A stretch of 39,305 nt of DNA, from assembly GCA_049314535.1 (NCBI GenBank), contig JBMOEX010000003.1, positions 1 to 39,305 on the forward strand, written 5' to 3'. Under the pieces are notes generated by a model that saw nothing but the letters and a program-made list of their open reading frames with translations, had not been told where the DNA came from and ran no database searches. Both the position numbers and the translations under genes were made by a program. Within the stretch, counting starts at the first letter, position 1. Each line of letters opens with the position of its first letter. Positions 18,887 through 26,853 of the stretch are shown piece by piece. The stretch comes from Vampirovibrionia bacterium (lineage in GTDB: Bacteria; Cyanobacteriota; Vampirovibrionia; LMEP-6097).

Positions 18887-19819
18887 CTAAGCAGAGATAC
18901 GAGCTTGCAGGCAGTCCCTTAGCTTCCTTGCGGATAGGTGAGAAACTTTAATATCAGCAGCCTTAAAGCCTTGATATTCTATATGGATTTTTTTTTGGCT
19001 TAAACTTAAATCCAGTAAAGAATTATTAAGTAAGTCATTTTTTACGCTCTCTGCGAAATCTTCTAAGTAAGTAATTTTTTCACTTGCGACATTATAAATG
19101 CCACAGGCATTTGCTTCTATTAACCCTATTAACATAAAACAAAAGTCTCTTATATTCACAAAGTCCCTAACTATTTGCCTTTCAGCTTCTGCATTAATTT
19201 TCACCGTAAAGTTTTCATCCATCGCTGTGTCTAAGAGCTGTTGTTTGAAATTTTGATATACTCCCCTGCATTCAAACTCGCCTCCATAAGGATTCGCTAG
19301 CCTAATTATTAAAAAACACTTTTGAAACAGTTCTTGAATAAATTTTTCCATTTGCATTTTATAAACACCATAGGCACTTACTGGTTTTAGCAGATCATTC
19401 TCATGGCTTGGAATTAATGGGTCTGAGTCATTTTCACCATAAACAGCAGAAGAAGATAAGTAGATGAACTTAATTAAAGAGTTAGTTTTTAAAGCAAACT
19501 CTTGAAGTCCTTTAATGAAAAGCTTTTCTGCTTCTAAATTATTTAATGACGCAAAATGCAAAACTTCTAAATGAAGCAAACCATCCAATAAGCTGGTAAA
19601 TTCCTCTGCCTGAGACAAATCAAAAGCAATTTTTTTTATTTTATTATTTTCTAAAATACCGTCATCCAGCCTTGAAAGCTTCAGATGCCTATCAATTAAA
19701 AAAATCAGGTCATAAGCCTCAAAAAAATCAGGACGTGATGTTTGAATAAAGTTTAAAAAATTAGCAGCTAAATAGCCCGTTGCACCAGTCACCAAAAAAA
19801 CTTTATTCACTTTCAGCAC
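18887..19819 (-). CDS. NAD-dependent epimerase/dehydratase (extended SDR)
   Basis: Motifs VTGATGYLA (Rossmann), YLSSSAVYG, YGVYK (YxxxK), RLANPYG, VRDFV and IYNVAS; GTG start. Confidence 0.85.
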   Translation of the reverse strand: MLKVNKVFLVTGATGYLAANFLNFIQTSRPDFFEAYDLIFLIDRHLKLSRLDDGILENNKIKKIAFDLSQAEEFTSLLDGLLHLEVLHFASLNNLEAEKLFIKGLQEFALKTNSLIKFIYLSSSAVYGENDSDPLIPSHENDLLKPVSAYGVYKMQMEKFIQELFQKCFLIIRLANPYGGEFECRGVYQNFKQQLLDTAMDENFTVKINAEAERQIVRDFVNIRDFCFMLIGLIEANACGIYNVASEKITYLEDFAESVKNDLLNNSLLDLSLSQKKIHIEYQGFKAADIKVSHLSARKLRDCLQARISA

Positions 19820-19869
19820 AAATCAGAGTATAGCTAACTTAAGTCTGTAATGAAAAACAAAGTTTTTCG

Positions 19870-20346
19870 TTACAGTGTAGCCATCTTATTCGTCTCTTTT
19901 TGCATTTTCTGCTGCTCTTCCTGCTCTTTATTCCAGTAGGATTCCTCTACCCTTAAAGCACCTAAAGATGCTTTTAAAACAGCGATAGCCTGCCTAGTCA
20001 CAGCTGAACTCCCTGAATCCTTGGAGAAATCTGTCCAAGCACCATGCGTGTCCTTAATCAAGCCAGCATCATAAGCAATAGTTCTAATAACTTCATGCTG
20101 ATCAGCAGGACTTAACTCATGCTTACTTTCCAAGTAAGCTTGAAAATCTTCACGAGTCTCACTAGCACTTTTAGCAGTATTCCTAGTCGTACTAGTATCA
20201 CCAGCCTTAATTCTCTTAGTCGCTTCCGCTCCTTCCAATTCTAAAAAATCCGACATAAGACCTTCTAGCTGGGTGATTTCCTGCTGTGCAGAATCGATCA
20301 GTGACCGGGTCTGCGATAATCTTACTGTTGGATCAATAGAACTCAT
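19870..20346 (-). CDS. Hypothetical helical protein, paralog of 20384..20668
   Basis: 158-aa ORF whose N- and C-terminal segments align with the neighbouring 94-aa ORF. Confidence 0.75.
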   Translation of the reverse strand: MSSIDPTVRLSQTRSLIDSAQQEITQLEGLMSDFLELEGAEATKRIKAGDTSTTRNTAKSASETREDFQAYLESKHELSPADQHEVIRTIAYDAGLIKDTHGAWTDFSKDSGSSAVTRQAIAVLKASLGALRVEESYWNKEQEEQQKMQKETNKMATL

Positions 20347-20383
20347 AATTTACCTATCTAAAGAATGATTATTTAATCAGTCC

Positions 20384-20668
20384 TTAGCCTGCTCCACTCG
20401 CTAGTTTATTTGTTGCTTGAATATCTTTCTTATTCTCATCAATCTCCGACTTCCAGAATTGAGATTCGTTTCTCCAAAAACCAAGTAAAGACTTAGTCGT
20501 CGTAACCTCTGTCCTTAAAGCTGCCGCTGATATTCTTCCAGCATCTGTGTCAATAGCCAAAGCCTCTGACATCTGATTCTCTAAATCAGTAAGTATATCC
20601 TGATTTAATTCTACGAAAAACTCGCACTGTGCATGCCTGACCGATGGATTCACTGCATTTAAAGCCAT
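20384..20668 (-). CDS. Hypothetical small helical-hairpin protein, paralog of 19870..20346
   Basis: 94-aa ORF abutting the upstream gene, with GGAG in the SD position; shares motifs PxVR..Q, LE..MS and W..E...TNK.A with its neighbour. Confidence 0.75.
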   Translation of the reverse strand: MALNAVNPSVRHAQCEFFVELNQDILTDLENQMSEALAIDTDAGRISAAALRTEVTTTKSLLGFWRNESQFWKSEIDENKKDIQATNKLASGAG

Positions 20669-21304
20669 TTATATTCCCTCCTGTTTTCTCATTCTCTCTA
20701 ACCTGACTAACTGCATGCGATACTCCTCCTCTGATGAATTAGTTCTAAAAGCTTTCTTTACAAGTGCATAATGATCAAATCTTTCCTCACTTGAAGAAGC
20801 ATCCTTAAAAATTGCCCGCCCAAGACCTTCTAATTTTTTCTGTTGATCTTGCAGTTTTTCAATCTTCTTGTTTAACTCCTCATCATTACGCATATCTTTT
20901 GCGGTTTTTCTAGCCCAAGAAGCGACGTCACGCAAAGCCTCAATACCACCAGTAGAAGCAACTTGAATTAATTGAACAAAATCATCTGGTATGTCGATTT
21001 GATTTAAAATTGTTTTCTGTATTTTCTCAAATTTTTCTTTATACTCATCTTGCTTACCCTTGTCTAATTCTCTTTTTTTGGCATCAGCCATATTATCTGC
21101 AAGAACAGCAAGCTGATTTAAAGCAGAAATAAACTGAAGTGATGATTCAACATCTGTTTTAAGAGCTACATGCGATGACTCTAAAGATTTATACTGTTTT
21201 ATATTTGCATCTTTATTCTTTTCAACAAGAAAATTATCAAAATTCTCATCCTTGAGCCGCGAAAAAGTTATTTCCCTTAAAGCATCGATATTAATTTCAC
21301 TCAT
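20669..21304 (-). CDS. Hypothetical coiled-coil protein
   Basis: 211-aa charged, helical-looking ORF with SD-like AAGGGG upstream; first gene of a three-gene run. Confidence 0.7.
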   Translation of the reverse strand: MSEINIDALREITFSRLKDENFDNFLVEKNKDANIKQYKSLESSHVALKTDVESSLQFISALNQLAVLADNMADAKKRELDKGKQDEYKEKFEKIQKTILNQIDIPDDFVQLIQVASTGGIEALRDVASWARKTAKDMRNDEELNKKIEKLQDQQKKLEGLGRAIFKDASSSEERFDHYALVKKAFRTNSSEEEYRMQLVRLERMRKQEGI

Positions 21305-21409
21305 GGCTTTCCCCTTAATCTACTCTTCCTAAGACTAAGGCTACTAAATCAAAAAAAAATTATGGTTTAGTTAAGTAAACTTCAAGAAGTAATGACAAGC
21401 TCTATCAAT

Positions 21410-21886
21410 CTAGTTAAACTTCTTACCACGTAGAAGAGCAACGGACCCAGTCCTTGCAAGCTCCTTAATTCCAAAAGGTAAAATTAACTGTATAACCGCA
21501 TTGATCTTCTCGGAATCACCAGTCACCTCCACCACTAATGAATCCTCTGCGACATCAATAATGCGACTACGAAAGAGATCTGCAATTTCAATAATCTCGG
21601 CTCTATTTTGTTTAGAAGAGACCTTGATTAAAGCAAGCTCCCTATCAACATAAGGCAATTCACTTAAATCAGTTATCTTAATAACATTAATCAGTTTATT
21701 AAGTTGTTTTTTAACCTGTTCAACGTCATCTTGAGTAACAATAATCATGCGACTTAAGCCTTCCTGCTCACTTGGACCAACCGTGAGACTTTCGATATTA
21801 TAACCACGACGACTAAAAAGACCAGATATTCGAGCAAGAACCCCTGATTCATTTTCAACTAGAACTGAGAGAACACTCCTTTTCAT
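21410..21886 (-). CDS. ilvN: Acetolactate synthase small (regulatory) subunit
   Basis: ACT domain LSVLVENESGVLARISGLFSRRGYNIESLTVG; further motifs RELALIKV, EVTGD and ELARTG. Confidence 0.95.
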   Translation of the reverse strand: MKRSVLSVLVENESGVLARISGLFSRRGYNIESLTVGPSEQEGLSRMIIVTQDDVEQVKKQLNKLINVIKITDLSELPYVDRELALIKVSSKQNRAEIIEIADLFRSRIIDVAEDSLVVEVTGDSEKINAVIQLILPFGIKELARTGSVALLRGKKFN

Positions 21887-21907
21887 GATTTACCTATTTA
21901 ATAGATC

Positions 21908-22342
21908 CTAATCGGCGTCTATTAAATCTACCCTCTTTTTATGTCTTCCAGCAGTGAAATCAGTATCCAACCAAGCTTTAACTATTTCTTTAGCTGAATT
22001 TTCATCAATAAACCTAGCTCCCATAGCAATAACATTGGAATTATTATGCTCTTTACTGAGCTTTGCATACTCAGTATTATGACAAAGCGCACACCTGATG
22101 CCCTTCGTACGATTAGCAGTAATAGTCATACCGACCCCCGTACCACAAAGAAGTATTCCAAGGTTTTCTTTATCAGACTTAACATTACGCACTAATAGTT
22201 TGGCGAAGTCTGGATAGTCGACAGCTCGACTAGAATTACAACCAAGATCAACAACCTCTAATAAGAGATCTTCTTTTAAGAATTTAAGGAGAACCTGTTT
22301 AAGGCCGTAACCTGCGTGATCAGATGCAATAAATATGCTCAT
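21908..22342 (-). CDS. rpiB: Ribose-5-phosphate isomerase B
   Basis: Motifs ASDHAG, DYPD, CGTGVG, ANR..GIR, EHNNSNV and GRH..RV. Confidence 0.95.
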   Translation of the reverse strand: MSIFIASDHAGYGLKQVLLKFLKEDLLLEVVDLGCNSSRAVDYPDFAKLLVRNVKSDKENLGILLCGTGVGMTITANRTKGIRCALCHNTEYAKLSKEHNNSNVIAMGARFIDENSAKEIVKAWLDTDFTAGRHKKRVDLIDAD

Positions 22343-22878
22343 AAGTTTGCTAATAAATCTTTTTTTATTGCTTGAAGAGCAGTTTTCATCGAAAAATCTA
22401 TTCTTCTATCGTCGATAGTAACACTTAAACCAGCAAGTAAAGTTCTATCATGCAAAACTTCTCCAAACTGAACCATCTTAGAAGTTAATCTCTCAAGCTC
22501 AGTCTTTAAAAGAGCGAGTTCACCAGAATCTAATGGTGTTGGTGCTGAAACATTTACAATAACAATACCTTTGGCTTGATAATATATTTTTTTATAAACT
22601 TGACATAAAAATGGAAGAACATTCGCTCTATTTTTTTTAAGCAATAATAAAACAAGACTCTGAACTGGTTTCGACACATAATCCGAAATAGCAGATAAAA
22701 GCTTTTCTTCTTTTTGCTTAAGTTCTATATTCGGATCTCTTAAAAACGTTTCTATTTTCTCTTGGTTTACTAAATTTTCAATAAAGCTCAACTCAGAAAT
22801 TACGGATTCATCAAGAGAAAGCTCTGCAAGAGCACTTGCATATTTCTGGGCTATTTTTTTTAGCTGAATTATATTCAT
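22339..22878 (-). CDS. atpH: F1Fo ATP synthase subunit delta
   Basis: Motifs IAQKYASAL, LLLLLKKNR and LLAGLSVTIDDRRIDFS; follows subunit b. Confidence 0.88.
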   Translation of the reverse strand: MNIIQLKKIAQKYASALAELSLDESVISELSFIENLVNQEKIETFLRDPNIELKQKEEKLLSAISDYVSKPVQSLVLLLLKKNRANVLPFLCQVYKKIYYQAKGIVIVNVSAPTPLDSGELALLKTELERLTSKMVQFGEVLHDRTLLAGLSVTIDDRRIDFSMKTALQAIKKDLLANL

Positions 22879-23372
22879 TTACAATCAATACTTTTTAAAC
22901 TCGCAAATGCGGCTAAATGTTTACTATCTTCACCTTTTTCGATTTTCTCAAGAAAACTAGCTTGAACCGAAACAACTGCTTTTTCTATAAAATAAGCTTC
23001 TACCTCTTGATAAGCTTTCTTCTTCTTATCCTCTATTTCTTGATAAGCCAAAGATTTCATCTTTTCTATCTCAAGCTCTGCTGAATCAATAATTTGTCTT
23101 TTTAAAACTTCAGCTGCTTGCTCCGCAGAATTAATAATTGCACCTGCATCATGCTTTATAGAATCTATTTTTGCTTCTATTTTATTTAGCTTTTCTTGAT
23201 AGCCTAATTTTTGAGTTTCTAATTCAAGAACTTCTTTATTTAATAAAACTTTCTTGTCTTCAAGAGATTTTTTTAAAGCTCTAGGTAAAAAATAAATGAC
23301 TAAAAACAAAACTACAAGAAAATTAAGTAAATTACTCTCTAATATTATCTTCAAATAATCATTTTCCAACAT
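22875..23372 (-). CDS. atpF: Fo ATP synthase subunit b
   Basis: ILESNLLNF motif (cyanobacterial/plastid b type), one transmembrane helix, then coiled coil. Confidence 0.85.
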   Translation of the reverse strand: MLENDYLKIILESNLLNFLVVLFLVIYFLPRALKKSLEDKKVLLNKEVLELETQKLGYQEKLNKIEAKIDSIKHDAGAIINSAEQAAEVLKRQIIDSAELEIEKMKSLAYQEIEDKKKKAYQEVEAYFIEKAVVSVQASFLEKIEKGEDSKHLAAFASLKSIDCK

Positions 23373-23376
23373 ATAT

Positions 23377-23856
23377 TTATACCAAACTATGATCTTGATT
23401 ACGAGATTCTAAACGAGAATCCCGATTCTTCATCACTAAATTTAATTTCTCGGATAATGCAATAATAATCTGCTGAATATACTCTGCAGATGAATTCATT
23501 ATTTCATGCCTATCATCTTCTACAGCACTAAGAAGTTCTTCAACTTTAACGCTTAGATCTTTAGCCGATTCTTGAATTAAAGCCTCTTTTGCATGACCAG
23601 CTTTAACCCTAGCTTCCATAATTACTGCATTCCCATGGATCTTAGCTTCAGGAATAGTCTTATCTTCTTCTAAAACCTTCAGCCTTAGTGCTATTTTGGC
23701 CTGAAGTTCCTCAATATCTCCCTTAGCTCCACCAGACTTATCTTCTCTAGCCCTAACATTAGCGAAGACTGGCTTAAAAAAAAGCAAATCAAACAAAAAC
23801 ATAAAAGCAATAAAGCTAACTAAAAAAAGAAAAGCGGTGAAGTCTACGGAGATCAC
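23377..23856 (-). CDS. atpF2: Fo ATP synthase subunit b' (atpG in cyanobacterial nomenclature)
   Basis: Motifs DFT...SF...LFFKPV...RE; transmembrane helix plus coiled coil; positioned between c and b; GTG start. Confidence 0.8.
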   Translation of the reverse strand: MISVDFTAFLFLVSFIAFMFLFDLLFFKPVFANVRAREDKSGGAKGDIEELQAKIALRLKVLEEDKTIPEAKIHGNAVIMEARVKAGHAKEALIQESAKDLSVKVEELLSAVEDDRHEIMNSSAEYIQQIIIALSEKLNLVMKNRDSRLESRNQDHSLV

Positions 23857-23881
23857 TAATAAAAATCCTCTATTTCAAAAA

Positions 23882-24115
23882 CTAAATCTTGCTGAAAATC
23901 AAGAAAGAAACTAACCACGCAAGAATTCCAAGAGCCTCAGCCATACCTGCAAAAATAATCGCATTAGTAAAAAGAGCTGGGGTGTGATCTGGTTGTCTTG
24001 CTGAACCTTCAAGCATCTTCGCAGCAACATTACTTACTGCAATCGCTGGACCTGTAACGCCTAAAGCTGCAATACCTGCACTTAAAGCTAAACCTAATGT
24101 TTCAATTTCTGCCAT
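23882..24115 (-). CDS. atpE: Fo ATP synthase subunit c
   Basis: 77-aa hairpin with ARQP loop and ion-binding Glu in MAEAL. Confidence 0.93.
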   Translation of the reverse strand: MAEIETLGLALSAGIAALGVTGPAIAVSNVAAKMLEGSARQPDHTPALFTNAIIFAGMAEALGILAWLVSFLIFSKI

Positions 24116-24252
24116 AACCTTATAACCATCCTTTTAAAGAATTAACTCAAGAAATTATAACAAACTTAAAACTAAATAATTCAAAAGCTTAACCACAGTT
24201 TAAAGTTTCTCGGTTTAAACATATATGTACGAGAGTGTAAAAAGGAACAAAT

Positions 24253-24573
24253 ATGCAGGGACATAATTACGGATATATACCAATGCCAACAGAAGGAATC
24301 AAAGTTCCTAAACCGACTATTCAGGGTGCGGCAGAATATAACCTAGTAGAGGGGCAAAGTTTTGGTCAAACATTAACCAATATTATAGGGAAAGCCAATG
24401 AAACGATAGGAGCACCACAACAATTGACCATAGATGCAGTAACTAAAGGAAATGTAGATATACACGAAGTAATGGTGGCACTAGGTAAGTCAGAAGTAGC
24501 ATTTAAATTAATTTCATCTCTTTCTCAAAAAGTAATTGGAGGCTTTGAGAAACTTGTCAGTATGCAAGTTTAA
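24253..24573 (+). CDS. fliE: Flagellar hook-basal body protein FliE
   Basis: Motifs SFGQTL, G.VDIHEVMVAL.KSEVAF and QKVIGGFEKLVSMQV (typical C-terminus); SD AAGGA upstream. Confidence 0.85.
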   Translation: MQGHNYGYIPMPTEGIKVPKPTIQGAAEYNLVEGQSFGQTLTNIIGKANETIGAPQQLTIDAVTKGNVDIHEVMVALGKSEVAFKLISSLSQKVIGGFEKLVSMQV

Positions 24574-24670
24574 CCTTGTCTTTAATTAATCATACATATT
24601 TGTTATCTTATGTTTAAGGACGGGTATATCGTAGTATATCTATACCTAGCAGGATAAGGGTTTAGTAGTA

Positions 24671-26464
24671 ATGGCAAGCGAAGTAATAGCTGATAACGGA
24701 ATGAACGAAGGGGTCGGCGGAGGGAATGCCCCTCTTAGCTATGCTAATGCTCAAACCAGTCAAGGTTTTATAAATGACATAATCTCAGACCCACAGAAGC
24801 GGCTTTACGCCATTATCGGGGTCTCTGTGGTCGCAGTTTTATTAGTAACTTTTATTTACATAGGTGCTCAGCCTAAAAATGAGAATAGAGGTAAATTAGT
24901 ACCTTTAGTTCAAGAATTAAATCAATCAAGAGCTTTTGAAATTATCGCTAAATTAAAATCAGTAAATATTGAAGCAAAAGTAGTAAATGGTGAAAAACCA
25001 GGAGAATACGTAGTTCAAGTTTACGAAAAAGCTATAGAAACAGCTTACCTAGCACTTTCCAGAACTAATTTATTAGAGGATGAAGGTTATGGTCTTTTCG
25101 ACCAAAATGACTGGGCTGCTAGTGATTACGATAAAAGAATAAAACTCACAAGGGCCATAAATGGTGATTTATCTAAAATCATCAGCCGCCTTGATGGCTT
25201 AAGAACAGCTATCGTTAGAGTAAACATACCAGAGCAGCAATTATTCACAGAACAGCAGTCCCCAACTACGGCAACGGTACAACTAGAATTAGCAAATGAT
25301 GCCGAGAAATTATCTAAAACCCAGATACAGAGCATAGTTAACATACTGCGTGGTTATATTCAGAACATCAAAGAAGATCATATCTCTATAGTAGACACGC
25401 AAGGTAATAATTACAGTGCTTACAAAGAAGAAACTGAATCAGACGTCGAAGATTACATAGACGAAGTAGAAAAAATAAATACCAAAATGAAAGAGAGAAT
25501 TAGCAAGTATCTTGATGCTATTCTCGGCGCAGAAGATTATAAAGTCAGTGTCAGTGCTTCCGTTAGTAGAGAAAAAGTAGAACAGCAAGAAACCACATAC
25601 ACAGAGGGAGCTGTAGGCTCAAGACAGACAGGCACCGAATATCTCAATCAAGGTGAAAATGCAGCAGTACCAGCAGCAGGTGCTACTAATGGTAAAAACT
25701 ATTCTCATCAATCAGTTAATGAAAGCCTGTTACCAAGCTTTGAGCAAAAACACACAACATACCTACCAGGCAGAGTTACTGACGTAACCGTAGCCTTAGC
25801 TTTAGACAAATCAGTTCCATCAATGGTCTCATTAAAACAGCTTCAAGAAAGTGTCGCTGCCATTATAGGGCCGGATATAGATCCAGAAAATGTAAAAATC
25901 ACTATCGCAGATTTACACGCCAAAGACCAGCTAGAAGCACCAGTGAAAGCCGTTGAGACTCCTCAAGGTTGGTTTGACAGCATGGGATTCTGGGGTAAAG
26001 CTATGACTATAATTGGTTTTATAGCCCTTGCCTTAATCGTCAGTTTATTTGGCTTAAGCTTTCTAAGTTCTTTTGCTAACAAAGACAGTCAAGCAGAAAC
26101 AGATGTCTATCCAGACTTAGGCAATGAGTTTGAAGATGACATACCAACAAACAGTATAGAAGAAGGTAATGATGGTGAAGATTACGGTGAGAAAGAAGCC
26201 TTAAGGCAGCAAGAATCTCTATTAAAAGAAATGATGAGCCAAAGTGCACCACCAAAATACTTCGAACAACAAGAACAGAGCAATATTTATGATAAGGGCA
26301 GCATGAGGCAAAGTTCTCCACTGTCATTAAGTGGCAACGTTGGCAATTCAAATAACGAAGAGATTAGATTTGAATCATTATTAAATAATTTTGAGAGTGT
26401 AGCGAACAGAAAACCAGACCTGCTTGCTAAAAAGATTGAAGTTTGGTTAGATGAAAAAGAATAA
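24671..26464 (+). CDS. fliF: Flagellar MS-ring protein FliF
   Basis: TM1; ring-building motifs GYGLFD, RAINGDLSKII, VRVNIPEQQLF and ISIVDTQGN; RBM3 region; TM2; C-terminal KPDLLAKKIEVWL helix. Confidence 0.88.
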   Translation: MASEVIADNGMNEGVGGGNAPLSYANAQTSQGFINDIISDPQKRLYAIIGVSVVAVLLVTFIYIGAQPKNENRGKLVPLVQELNQSRAFEIIAKLKSVNIEAKVVNGEKPGEYVVQVYEKAIETAYLALSRTNLLEDEGYGLFDQNDWAASDYDKRIKLTRAINGDLSKIISRLDGLRTAIVRVNIPEQQLFTEQQSPTTATVQLELANDAEKLSKTQIQSIVNILRGYIQNIKEDHISIVDTQGNNYSAYKEETESDVEDYIDEVEKINTKMKERISKYLDAILGAEDYKVSVSASVSREKVEQQETTYTEGAVGSRQTGTEYLNQGENAAVPAAGATNGKNYSHQSVNESLLPSFEQKHTTYLPGRVTDVTVALALDKSVPSMVSLKQLQESVAAIIGPDIDPENVKITIADLHAKDQLEAPVKAVETPQGWFDSMGFWGKAMTIIGFIALALIVSLFGLSFLSSFANKDSQAETDVYPDLGNEFEDDIPTNSIEEGNDGEDYGEKEALRQQESLLKEMMSQSAPPKYFEQQEQSNIYDKGSMRQSSPLSLSGNVGNSNNEEIRFESLLNNFESVANRKPDLLAKKIEVWLDEKE

Positions 26465-26853
26465 TGACAGCGACAGAAGAAAAGAAAAACAAAAAATTAA
26501 AATCCTTAGCATTAATTCTTAGATCGCTTGCCCCTGAATCACAAAGGGCTATTTACAAACAGCTTCCAGACGAATTAGTCAGAAGAATAACTCAGGTAAG
26601 CCTAGATATAGATAAAGAATTAACCAAAGAAGACTGGGAAATTTTCACTCACTCTTGGCCAGAATTTTCACATTTAATCAGTGGCGTAGTACAAGAAACC
26701 CAATATGAACACTGCGCAAAATTTAAAAATAAAGAAAGACCAAAAGTACAGGAGTACCTAGACTATAAAATGGGGAATAAAAAAGGGAGACCTAATTTAA
26801 GTAGTTCAATTACCCGAATAATCGATAACTTCATATCCCAAAATGCTAATTAA
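26464..26853 (+). CDS. fliG: FliG N-terminal-domain-only protein
   Basis: Occupies the fliG slot between fliF and fliH. KSLALILRSLAPESQRAIYKQLPDELVRRIT resembles FliG_N. Only 129 aa. Confidence 0.55.
   Translation: MTATEEKKNKKLKSLALILRSLAPESQRAIYKQLPDELVRRITQVSLDIDKELTKEDWEIFTHSWPEFSHLISGVVQETQYEHCAKFKNKERPKVQEYLDYKMGNKKGRPNLSSSITRIIDNFISQNAN

Noticed and set aside
24201-24227. Sigma-28 promoter upstream of fliE (TAAAGTTT at 24201-08)
   Set aside because: The expected -10 position reads CATATATG rather than GCCGATAA, so the match is insufficient.
26464-26853. fliG as a frameshifted pseudogene
   Set aside because: fliH overlaps its stop codon, so there is no space for remnant middle or C-terminal domain sequence. 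It looks like a compact short gene.
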